A stretch of 64,000 bases of DNA, from NCBI GenBank assembly GCA_964016885.1, contig OZ024746.1:30752001-30816000 (forward strand). The letters are read 5' to 3'. The position numbers were made by a program, and so were the translations under genes. This stretch comes from Eledone cirrhosa (taxonomy: Eukaryota). Under the pieces are notes generated by a model, which was given only the letters and a program-made list of their open reading frames with translations, did not search any database and had not been told where the DNA came from. Within the stretch, counting starts at the first letter, position 1; every line of letters begins with the position of its first letter. Positions 11,946-25,700 of the stretch are shown piece by piece.

Positions 11946-14900
11946 ATTAACCATTTGTATAGAATATGAAACCAGTCCAGAATCTTCTGCCTTGTTTTGG
12001 CTATCACCACTTCAGACAGCTGGCAAACAACATCCCTATCTCTACAGTCAATGTGAGGTACATGTTTATTTTATTTCTTCTTTACACTCAGTCTTGTTGA
12101 TATTCTTTCACGTTGCTAAACATTGATGTCAGTAAAACTACTTTTTAACCCTTTAGCATTTAAACCGCCCATATCCGGCTAGAAATCTCTCACCTCTTTC
12201 TGTTCAAACCAGTTGTAACTGGTCACTATTACCGATGTTAACGTCTCAAAATAAATAATACCAAAATCTCATAGATTCAATATTATGTGAGATAATTATA
12301 TGAGGTAAAGCCTTTACTGTGAAAATACAATAGCAGATATAAACTAATGTGAATGCCAAAGGGTTAAATCCTTTCATAACCATCTTTTTTAATATGAAGG
12401 TGCAAAGCCTAGCAGTTGGTGTTGAACTCACATAAGTTTGTGGGTTCCAATCTTGGACTGGGCAGCACGTATTCTTGAGCAAGATGCTTCATGATATGGT
12501 TGGGGACCATATCACCAAAATACCCAAGAAACCCCCTGTGAGATACAACCATGTAGGGAGCCAGTTAAACATACATAGATATAACAACTATAACATGATA
12601 TGACTGGAGCCCCTATCATTAAAATACCCAAGAAACCTCTTATGAGATATAACCTCATTGGAGGCCAGTTAAACCTACATGATAGGGCTGGTGATTAAAA
12701 TACCCAAGAAACCACCTATGAGATACAACTATGTAGAAGGCCAATTAAACCTACATAGATGTGTGACAAAAAAAAAAATTGATGGTAAAAAATCATTATG
12801 TAACAGAGTTGTGAAACGACAACTATGCTCTAAATGTCACTTTAAACATTTTAAATAACAAAATATTAAAATTTGCTAAATATATTCTCCACTCATGAGA
12901 ATTTCAAAACCTTGACAGCTAATCAACACATGTTTAACATAATGTGTTGATTAGCTGCCTCAGCTTATATATGGGATTTGGATTTTTGCCCATTTCTCAG
13001 ACATAAAATGGGGCGCTTATGTTCAAGTATATGTGGTAATATATAAATATTATATTTCAAACAAGGTTAACTTTGCCTTTCATCCTTACGGGGTCGATAA
13101 AATAAAGTTCCAGTAATGCACTGGGTAATTGCTGGCCCTGTGCCAAAAGAAGAAACAATTATATTTCAAAACAAAATGAATATAAGCCTATACACCCATG
13201 CCCAGAAGAAGCAAATGAATAAAAGTTATTGAAAACAATAATCAGAATTATTTCCTTTTTTTTCTTTACAATTTAGCCAATTCATGCACGGAGTCTTGTA
13301 CCCTGTCAGGATTCACCTGGAGTTAAGTTTCCTTACACAGCAAAGGTAAAAATTTATTGTTGTTGATGTTGTTGTTAGGGTGGTGGATTGGCTGTATCGG
13401 TAAAGTATAGGACAAAATTGTGATGTCGTTGGGGAGAAGTATGGCTGTGATGATAACAGGGTAAGAGAAATAGATGGAAGTGCCACTATGAAAGACTACT
13501 AAAGGAAGAGAATGAATGGGATGAAGATAGTTTGGCATCCAGCCATAGAAACCAAGCCAGAAATAGTTCTGTATGAGCAAGACACAGTCACCTGACCTGA
13601 CTTACCTCAAACAGGACAACTCGCCTAACCCATGGTTGTGTGGAAAATAGACATTAAATGATGATGAAATTATTGGCCTTGTGCCAAAAGTAGAAAATTA
13701 TTGTTATTATTCATTCATTTTCGGCCAAGTCCTCAACAACTTTTCCAAGTATATGGTGCTGGAGAGAATAGAGGAGAAAGGGGCACTTGTCTATAGTGTC
13801 GTTGGGAATGGTTGTGATATAAGACCTGTAGGGTTCTTTAATAACCCCTGGGTGTTGCTCCTTCCCCTTTTCGGAATTCTTTTGTTATTAATTCATTGTT
13901 ACTTTGTTACTTGTTTTATGAAAATCCCCATTGTCTCTGTTTATATCTATTACCAATGTTTTCAGCCCCAGTGTCCAATAAATAAATAATTATTGTTAGC
14001 CACACAAGGCTACCATCAGAAAACATTTGCCACCTACAAAGTCTATCTTTTCTGTTAGTCTACCCACAATCCCACTACACCTCTTGTATACCCCTGTTTT
14101 ATATTCTTGGTAGGAAAAAAGCTTAAATACCATTGTAATATGTTGATGTTTCTTTTTTGTACACAGGTAACTGTCTTGAAGGAATTTGTGGTGTTGATGA
14201 GTGCCCTGCAACAGAGTTCTAATATATGTCGATCTAATGCCTCAAAGATGGAATATTTCTTTAAACAACCAGTACCGATACCAAGTTATTTGATTGCCAT
14301 AGTTGTTGGAGATTTGTTCAGTTGGTAAGTTAACCTTTTCCTTACTATATTTCTAATGAAAGACATTCCCCAGGATTTTGAAATAATTGAGAAAATCATC
14401 AAGAATTTCTAAGTTGGTGTTTGAAACATGACTTAAGAAGAATGTCTTATGTAAAATTATGATGGAAGATTTATGTGTCATAGGTCATAGACCATGGGGG
14501 ATTTCAGGGTGTTTGGTATCATAGAACCAGGAGTGTTATCAGGATGTTTGGTATCATATGATACCAAATATCCTGATATCACTCCTGGTTATTTTGAAAG
14601 TCACTTTCACACACCATCTCCATAATTATTCTACGAAAATGTCTGTAAGTCTGTCTTTTTTCCATGGCTATTCAACAGACTGTGTCACAATAAAATACAC
14701 CTATACTCTGTAAAATTATAATGCTGGTGCCATAATAAAATACATCCAGTACACTCTCTAAAATTATAGTGCTAGTGTCATGATAAAATGTATGCAGTAT
14801 ACTCTAAAAAGTTGTAGTGTTATGATAAAATATGCCCAGAACACTCTGTAATGAGGTAATGTTGGTTTCATGATAAAATACACCCAGTACACTCTGTAAA

Positions 14901-17900
14901 GTGGTGTTGCTGGTGTCGTGATAAAATACACCTAGTACACTGTGTAAGATGGTAATTTTGGTGTCATGATAAAATATGCCTAGAGAACTCTGCAAAATGG
15001 TAGCGCTGGTACCTTGTTAAAATGCATTCGATACTTTCTGTAAATTGGTAGTGCTGGTGCCACAATAAAATGCACCCAGTACACTCTGTAAAGTGGTTGA
15101 CATTAGGAAGGGCATTCAGTCCTAGAAACCGTGCTAAGCTGGAATGTATGCACAGGTCATGGTCACCTGTCCTGTCTAGTCCCAAACAAGACAACCCATC
15201 CAACCCACACCAACATCGAACATAAGCACAAAACAGTGATGATGATACATAGAAACATTCATGTTTAGAAGTCTGGTGTGGAGTCTTATCAATACAGGGA
15301 TTAAGACTTATCAGTGATGACTAAGACTTATTGAATATTAAGACTTATCAGTGATGACTAAGACTTATTGGATTAAGACTTATCAGTGAAGAGTAAACTA
15401 AAGATTTGTGACATGTCAAAATTTTCAACTCACACCTATGTAGGTTTAGCTGACTTCATATATATCATGTTATTGTTGTTACAGTTCACATCTATGTAGA
15501 TTTAGCTGATTTCCTATAATCTTATCAGATGTTTCTCAGAAATAGCTTGCCCAATTGTATCATGTTTCTGCTCTCACCTATGCAGGTTTAGCTAGCCTCG
15601 TGTGAGGTTTTTATCTCATAGGAAGTTTCTTGGGTGTTTTAATGATAGAGGAGCCCAGTCTACTGTCAGACTGTGACAACCTGTCCAGCCCATACCAACA
15701 TGAAAGGTAGACAGAAGATGATGATAACTTGATTCTCCCTCTCACAAATGCACTGAACACACACACAAATGTACTGTACACATACACATAAATGCACTAC
15801 ATACACACACACAAATACATTACACACACACACACACAAATACACTGTACACGTACATACACATTTATTTGTTTTTTAATTATTAATGTTTTAATTAAAT
15901 ATATTTGTTTAATCTAAACCAGTGATATTGGCCCTCGTAGCAAAGTTTGGTCAGAGAAAGAATTTCTTGAAAAAGCAGCTTTTGAGTTTTCTGAGGTGAG
16001 ATCTACGTTATTTCAGAATTATTGTTTTGTTTTGATATTGGTGCCACGATAACAGGCACCCAGTCCACTCTGTAAAGTGGTAGTGGTGGTGCGACGATAA
16101 CGGGCACCTAGCTCACTCTGTAAAGTAGTAGTGCTGGTGCCATGATAACATGCACCAGTACACTCTCTAAAGTAGTAGTGGTGGTGCCATAATAACAGGC
16201 ACCCAGTCTACTCTGTAAAGTGGTAGTGGTGGTGCGATGATAACATGCACCCAGTACACTCTGTAAAATGGTTGGCATTAGAAATAGGGAACATGAGCAA
16301 AATGAGGTTTAAAATCTGTCTCATGCCCAAACGCTCATCAAGCCAGAACCTATCCTGATTTCATTGGCATTCCGAGGTTAACTTTGCCTTTCATCCTTAC
16401 AGGGTTGATAAAATAAAGTGCCAGTAATGTACTGGGTAATTGCTGGCCTTGTGCCTAAAGTAGAAACAATTATTTAAGGGCGGTGGATTGGCAGTATCGG
16501 TAGAGGGTCGGACGCCATGCTTTGCAGCAAAGAGTTACGGCCCTTTATGGTCTGAGTTCAAATCCCGCCGAGATTAACTTTGCCTTTCATCCTGACGGGG
16601 TCGATAAAATAAAGTACCAGTAATGCACTGGGATAATTGCTGGCCTTGTGCCAAAAGTAGAAATAATTAAGTGATTGAGCATACAAGATACTCTGCTAGA
16701 ATGGATGTCAGTTTATCACAAAGTTACTCATCTTTGTTCAGCTGAGTAAACTGGGGCAATTTATAATGAAGTGTCTTGCTTAAGGACACAATGTGCTGTC
16801 TGATCTGGGAATCCAACCTTACAATAGTGAAGCCAACATCTTAACGTTGGTCATTGTTGGGGAGAGGCGGTACAAATAAAGATTCTTTCAATTTATGTGT
16901 GTATGTGTATTTGCATTTATAATAATAATGAAATTGTGTACAGTGCTCAGGTGCACTACAACTCATCAAAGGTACATGTATAGTACATAGAATAATGTAC
17001 AAATGTCAGGAAAAAAATGAACAGTGTATGAGTCATGATGTGTATGGAAGGGGAGTATTAGGTGTAGTGTGATCAATCTCAGGAAGCATGGAGGTTTTAA
17101 AGGATGCAGTGTCTCGACAGCTAACAACTGATGTCGAGAGTTTGTTCCATGCTTCAGCAACTCTGAGCGTGTGTATTTGTGTATGTATCTGCATATTTTT
17201 GTGTACATATGTCCAAGTATATGTTTGTAATTGTATATTTGTATATGTCCATATGTGTATGTAATGTCTGTGTGTGTGTGAGAATGTGTTTTTGTATATA
17301 TATATGTCCATATGTGATACCAAATCTTACTTACATTCCTGTCTATATTTGTTTTACTTTTTAGACAGAACAGATGCTGAAAGTTGCAGAGAATCTAATG
17401 GGTCCCTATGTTTGGGGCCAATATGATCTTGTCGTACTGCCACCCTCATTTCCTTATGGTGGCATGGAGAACCCTTGCTTAACATTTGTCACCCCAACAC
17501 TCTTGGTAAAGTCACTTTTTATTTTAACTCCTTTCACACCAATCCCCCAGAAACTGACCCTGGTTTTATGATACAAGACAGTTTTAAAGTGTTTCGATTT
17601 ATCTAAAAACCTTCCATCATAATTTTATGTTCCAAACACCAGCTTAATAATGAGAAGAATTATTTGAAAATCATTAACAGTATCTTTTATTAATTAGAAA
17701 TATGGTAACGAGAGAATTAAAGTATTTATGTCTACTTAAAAACCTCCCATCATAATTCTACGTAAGAACCTTTGTTAAGTTATGTTCCAAACACCAGCTT
17801 AATAAGAAGAATATGACTAAATTTTTCTCTAAATTCTTGATTATTTTCAAAACTATTTGAAAACCATAATGGACAGTTTCTTTTATTAGAAATATGGTAA

Positions 17901-19694
17901 CAAAAGGGTTAAAATGTTTATATTTATCTAAAAATCTTTCATCATAAGTTTATGTAAGAACCTTTGTTAAGTTATGTTCCAAACACCAGATTAGTAATGA
18001 GAATAATTGTTATATTACTAACATTTTCTCCAGTAAAATATTTCCATATTGTATCTTGTTTAGGCTGGAGATAAATCCCTGGCTAATGTGATAGCCCATG
18101 AAATATCTCACAGTTGGACTGGTAACTTGGTTACTAATGCTACATTTGAACATTTCTGGTAAGTTAGTTGAACAAACCTAACGACCATTTCATTTTATTT
18201 TCCTCTATTATATACGTATTTATATGTAAGTAAAGTATAAAGATTCACGCATAAACAGATGGGTGTGGTGTTACAGCGAACAAATGTTTTTCTAATTGTC
18301 CGACTCAGTATTGCTGCCCCAGTAATGGAAGCATACACAGAGTGGAGGACTGTTCTCTGGTGTGTGGTGGTTCATATGTAGGCCACCTCATGGTCCCAGT
18401 GAGGAACAGAATGGAGAAAATGTTGCCCTAAAGGATGGTAAAAGAGACAAGTTAGAATAGCCATGTCAACTGTGCCATGTTAGTAGTGAGTTGGGTTTCT
18501 ATAGACCTTATCCAGTCTGGTCTTTAACTGCAGTTCATGATTTCACTTTACCCAGGATTCTTGATTTTTACCCATCATTTTACCCACAAATTATAATTTA
18601 ACCTAACCCTTTTTATACCAAATCACCTTAATAAACCCTCGTTGCTACTTGTCAAGCTATGGTTCAAACATCGGCCAAATGAAAAATTATTATTGTCTAA
18701 ATGATTTTCATTAACAATATGGTGATAAAAGGATTAAGATGTTTATTAATCCTTAAATCCTTGTCAGAACCATTGTTATGTTCCAAACATTCAACAGGTA
18801 AATTTTTTGTTTGTTTTCCCTTAAAGGTTAAATGAAGGTCATACAACATTTGTAGAGAGAAAGATCTGTGCTCAACTTGGTTGTGGGGAACCTTTAAGGA
18901 ATCTTCTTGGTATGATTGGTAGAAAATCTCTTGATGATTATGTGAGTTTCATTGTTTATATTCCACCTTGTTGATTCTAGTTAAATATCTCTCCATTTGT
19001 CATGATTTCTCTGTTACCTCTCTCTCTTATATAAGAATATATCTATTCTCTGTTATATCATATCTGTTTTGTGATGTCATAACATATATCATATATGTTT
19101 ATGATGTCTTAACATATATCATATATGTTTTGTGGTGTCTTAACATATACTCTGTTACATGTCTCTAATTTAATATAACGCATCTGACTTTTCTCTATTA
19201 TGTTATATCATGTGATATATATATATTACTTCTCTGTTACATACCTCTATTATTACATACAACATATACCACAACAGTCTATCATTACATATAACATATA
19301 CCACAACAGTCTATCATTACATATCATATATACCATAAGTCTGTCACTACATATAATAACATATATACTATTGTCTATCATTATGTATAACATACCACTC
19401 ACTATTGTCTATTTTACCCATGCTAGATAACAGACCCAAACACAGTCCCTAATTTCACCAGATTGGTGCCTGACCTCAAAGGAGTCCATCCTGACCATTC
19501 CTTTTCTTCAGTGCCTTATGAGAAAGGTTTTACCTTGCTCTTTTATTTGGAAGAACTTGTAGGTGGACCAGGTATGTAGGGTTTGCTGCTTTCTAACCAA
19601 CTTCACAATTGTTTCTATCTTAATGTAGAGTATTTTATATATTTAGAAGACACAAACAAAACAATGTGTACTTATTGGTCTTTGTATTTATTAC

Positions 19695-19729
<35 letters not shown>

Positions 19730-22700
19730 CTGTGTGCATGCTATACTTAAAATAATGGATTGGAATCAAGATCATCCAGCCATAAAAAAAACATGTCTCG
19801 AAAAAGTCTCAGCCAACCCATGAAAGCAAGAAAAAGCAGGCATAAAATAGTGATGGTGATAAATGCATTATTGATGTGAATGGCATTAGAAGTCTGAGAC
19901 TTATCATAAAAGACCAAGATTTATAATAGAAGCCTAAGACTTACCATAGAAACCTGAGACTTGTCACAGAAGATTAAGATTTGTAATAGTAGCCTGAGAC
20001 TTATCGTAGAAGCCTGGGATTTATAATAGAAGCCTGAGAATTATCATAGAAGACTAATACTTGTAATAGAAGACCAAGACTTATCGTAGAATCTGAGACT
20101 TGTAATAGAAAACTAAGATTTTCCTATTTATTTTCCACAGAGGTTTTTGAACCATTTTTAAAAGCTTATATAGAACAATTCAAGTACCATTCCATTGATT
20201 CAAACCAATGGAAGGAATTCTTGTTGTCCTACTTTGCAGATAAGGTAAATATTTATTTATTATCAAGAGAAATGAAATATTTCTAACATAACATTTTAAT
20301 ATCTTTGTAATTATGTTTCATATTTAATGTATTTATTACAATATTTCTAATATTTGACATTACATATAATTATAAATATATAGTCAACAATTTAGAGGGA
20401 TTCACTAGTGTAACTAACTTTCTCAAGCTGGTGTTTGGAACATAACTTAACAAAGGTTCTTACATAAAATTATGATGGACGGATTTGTGTTCTAAAGTCA
20501 AATTCCACCTTCTGTCATCAGAAATGTGATGATGCTTCTGCCAGCAATTGTCACTGACAGATAGTACCAATATGGAAGGACCAATGGAAACATTGTTTCC
20601 TTGGTCTGACCTGATTATCATCTCCTTTCTTCTGCCAGCAGTTGTGATTGAGACAATATCAGCAATAGAAAGGCCAATGGAAACATTGTTTCTTTGGTCT
20701 GATCTGAAGATCAGCTACTTTCTTCTGCCAGGAGTTGTGACAGACACAACACTAGGGAAGTTGTCATGCCCTTGACACGACTTGAGGGTCCTCCTGACCC
20801 TATGTACAATGGCTGACTGAATACACAGATGTGTTTTTTTCCGTTCCTTCATCTTCTCACACTATATCTTTCTATTTCATCTTTTATCTCTCATTCTATC
20901 TTCTGACAAAGGACTAGTGTCCGAAATATTAAGACTCTTTTCCTATTATTTCAAGCGTTAAACTAATATATTTCTTCATTGTACTATATCATTTATTTAT
21001 TTATATATTTGTGTTCCAGCTGAGGGGCTGAGGCCATGTTGGGGCACTGACACCGTTTGCTTTATTATTTCTTTTTACTTTTTACACACGCACATATATA
21101 TATTCCTGTGTTTCTGTTTTATGAAGGGCAAGAGCAGTGCTTTAAAAAGAGTCAACTGGAGTGACTGGTTCTATGACACTGGAATGCCTCAAGTTAATGT
21201 TCCGTAAGTAATTCTTTACATTCACTGACCTTCTTTTCTTTTCTCTTGGGAATCTGAGAATCTACAGTCTGTAGGAATTACTACAATACTCTCTTTTAAC
21301 GGTGATGGTGGTGGGAGTGGGGTTGTAGTGGTAGCAGTGGAGTTTGTAGTGACGGTGGTGGTGGTTGTTGCATTGGCAGTACTGGTGGTGAAGGTGGTAG
21401 TGGTAGTGGCAGTGGAGTTTGCAATGGTAATGGTGGTGCTGGTTGTAGCAATGGTGGTGGGGATTATAGCAGTGGTAGTGGTTGTAGTGTCTGTGTTACT
21501 AACAGACAAGAAGGATTTACATCATCTTCAATACAGATTATTATTATTAGAGCAGTAGATTGGCAGAATTGGTAGAGCGTCGGACAAAATGGTATTTAGT
21601 TATGACACGTTTTTTTTCTGAGTTCAAATCCTGTCGTGGTCGACTTTGCCTTTCATCCTTAAGTGGTGGATAAAATAAAGTACCAGTAATGCACTGGGGA
21701 CGATTTAATCGACTTTCTCCTCCCCTTCAAATTGCTTGCCTTGTGCCTAAAATAGAAACAATTATTATTATTTGGATTTTTGCTTTGTGTTTGTCTGAGC
21801 TGACTCACCTTGAGACCTCAACAGAAAGTGAGTTATAGGTCCAAGTGGACATTGACTAAGATGGTTGGGAACTGTCATATTTTGTGTGCCTTGGGTTAAG
21901 AAGTGTTGTTCTAGAAAATATATGTCATAACATGAGAAAATTAAAGGTTTATTTAAAAGTTGTTGTTTGGTGCGAAAATGATAAAATGACAATAAAATAA
22001 TGACAAAAGGGTTTTGCTATTATGTACATTTAAAAGTACTTTTGATAATATATTTAAAAAACATTGTTTTGGAGTTACATAAACAATAATTTTCGTGCGA
22101 TTTTATAATTGTTGTTGTTATTATTATGATTATGATTATCATTATTATTATTTCTCTATGTTGTATGTGTATATATTGTTAGCTTGCAGTCATGTCTAGC
22201 TGATGCCTGTCAACAACTCAGTGAAAGATGGTGTTCCACTGGGGACAGTAACTTTGGACAATTCTCTGCCGCCGATCTTGACCAATTCTCCACTCCTCAG
22301 AAGCTGGAGTTCCTCAACCAGTTGATGTATCAGGTAAATAGGAAGAAACTAATCACACTAATCAACATTATCATTATGGTGGATTAACTTTGCCTTTCAT
22401 CCTTACGGGGTCGATAAAATAAAGTACCAGTAATGTACTGGGTAATTGCTGGCCTTGTGCCAAAAGTAGAAACAATTATCATTATCAACACCATCATTAT
22501 CAACACCATCATTATCAACACCATCATTATCAACACCATCATTATCAACGCCATCATTATCAACGCCATCATTATCAACGCCATCATTATCAACACCATT
22601 ATCAACACCATCATTATCAACACCATCATTATCAACACCATCATTATCAACACTATCATTATCAACACTATCATTATCAACGCTATCATTATCAACGCCA

Positions 22701-25700
22701 TCATTATCAACACCATCATTATCAACACCATCATTATCAACACTATCATTATCAACGCCATCATTATCAACGCCATCATTATCAACGCCATCATTATCAA
22801 CACCATCATTATCAACACCATCATTATCAACACCATCATTATCAACGCCATCATTATCAACACCATCATTATCAATGCCATCATTATCAACACCATTATC
22901 AACACCATCATTATCAACACCATCATTATCAACACCATCATTATCAACACTATCATTATCAACACCATCATTATCAACGCCATCATTATCAACGCCATCA
23001 TTATCAACACCATCATTATCAACACCATCATTATCAACGCCATCATTATCAACGCCATCATTATCAACGCCATCATTATCAACACCATCATTATCAACAC
23101 CATCATTATCAACACCATCATTATCAACACCATCATTATCAACACCATCATTATCAACGCCATCATTATCAACGCCATCATTATCAACACCATCATTATC
23201 AACACCATCATTATCAACACCATCATTATCAACACCATCATTATCAACACCATCATTATCAACACTATCATTATCAACGCCATCATTATCAACGCCATCA
23301 TTATCAACGCCATCATTATCAACGCCATCATTATCAACGCCATCATTATCAACGCCATCATTATCAACGCCATCATTATCAACGCCATCATTATCAACGC
23401 CATCATTATCAACGCCATCATTATCAACGCCATCATTATCAACGCCATCATTATCAACGCCATCATTATCAACGCCATCATTATCAACACCATCATTATC
23501 AACGCCATCATTATCAACGCCATCATTATCAACGCCATCATTATCAACGCCATCATTATCAACGCCATCATTATCAACGCCATCATTATCAACGCCATCA
23601 TTATCAACGCCATCATTATCAACGCCATCATTATCAACGCCATCATTATCAACGCCATCATTATCAACGCCATCATTATCAACGCCATCATTATCAACTC
23701 CATCATTATCAACTCCATCATTATCAACTCCATCATTATCAACACTATCATTATCAACACCATCATTATCAACACCATCATTATCAACACCATCATTATC
23801 AACACCGTCATTATCAACACCGTCATTATCAACACCATCATTATCAACACCATCATTATCAACACTATCATTATCAACACCATCATTATCAACACCATCA
23901 TTATCAACACTATCATTATCAACGCTATCATTATCAACGCCATCATTATCAACGCCATCATTATCAACGCCATCATTATCAACGCTATCATTATCAACAC
24001 TATCATTATCAACACTATCATTATCAACACCACCATTATCAACACCATCATTATCTACACCATCATTATCACTATCACCACTCCTTTCAGAATTATTGTT
24101 GTCATGGTGATTATGATTAATCCTAGTAATAGAACAGGTGTAGTTATGGCTGTGTGGTTAAGAAGTTCACTTCACAACCACATGGTAAGACATTTCATCT
24201 TACATTACTGGAGGCACTTGGCTTAGTGGTTAGAGCATTGGCCTTGCAATCGAAAGGTTGTGAGTTCAATTCTCAGACGTGTGATGTGTTGTTTCCTTGA
24301 GCAAGACACTTTATTTCACATTTACTCCAGTTTACTCAGCTGTAGAAATGAGATGATGGGGACTGGGGTCCCTATCATTCCACTGCAAAGTGGTCGTGTA
24401 GGCACCACGGGAAAAAAGCACCCAGCACTCACTGTAAATGAGGTTGGTGTTAGGAAGGGCATCCAGCTGTAGAAATCAAGCCAGAATCAGTTCCCGTCCC
24501 ACCCTTGCAAGCAGGGAAAAAGCAGACGTAAAATGAAATGATGATGATGATGAATGATGATTACTCTCCTTGGTGTTAAGCTTCTATTCCAACTAACTTA
24601 ACCCTTTTGATACCAACTTGGGCAAAATCAGCTCTGGTTCTGTGATACAAAACCACCCAATTGAACCCTTTTGGTACCAACCTGGCCAAATCCAGCTCTG
24701 GTTCTATGAAACCACCTATTTTAAAGGATTCCTGTTTAAATTTAAATCTTTCAACATAAGTCTATGTAAGAACCTTATTTTAAATTACTATCTTAGTAAT
24801 GAAATATTTAGTAATTTTAGTAAATCTCTCAAAATTCTTCATAAGAAATTTGGTTATAAAAGGGTTAATGTCACATGAAACTAAGATAAGTTCTGGCCCG
24901 AGGAGCCTCTGGGCTTGGGAGCAACTTTAACATATTACATGGGAACTAGAAAGGTAACAGAGGGTAAGGAGGAACCTCAGTCTCAAGCAGTAGCCATTTT
25001 TATTTTACGAAAGCACCCTCTAATATTTTGAATGTCCAGTCTAATATACCATCATTGATTTTTCTCTCTCTCTCTATATATATATGTATTTTTTTTTTTT
25101 TTTTACAGGATCCTTTCAGTTTAACCAAAATCTCACACATGGAATCTGCATATAACTTCTTTTCTCAGGGAAACTCAGAGATTCTTTTTCGGTAAGAGAT
25201 TTTCGTTTATTCATATTGTTTCTTCTCTTTATGATAGTTACTTTTACTATCAGCTTTTATATTTCAATAGATTAATAGATTTGAGATAATATATAGGGTT
25301 GTATCGAAGAGACAACACTCATTAGTGTTGGGAATTTACATGATAAACACACCCTGTTCACTCTGTAAAGTGGTTGATGATAGGAAGGGCATTCAGCTGT
25401 AGAAGACCTGCCAAACATTTGGATGGAGAGAATCTTCATCTGTGCCAAAGACATGACAACTTCTCTAGGGTCAGTACCACAATAAAATGCACTTTGGTAA
25501 ATATGGGTTTGTATATTGGTACCATGACCTACCTGGACGTCATTGGCTGCACTTGAATACTGACCAGTCAACTCTTGCTATCAAGGAAAATGGACATTAA
25601 ACAATGATGATGAATATATCTCTTTGTCCAGTATTCCTGACAGATCTGAGAGAATATTTGTAGTTCTGGGGAGCCAAAACTATTATAGTAGCAGTAGAGG

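Noticed and set aside
22384-24226. 411-597 aa ORFs on both strands
   Set aside because: 15-bp minisatellite inside an LTA4H intron
24215-24275. tRNA-like sequence GGCTTAGTGGTTAGAGCA...GAGTTCAATTC
   Set aside because: No complete acceptor stem; continues into SINE body sequence, so it is a SINE head
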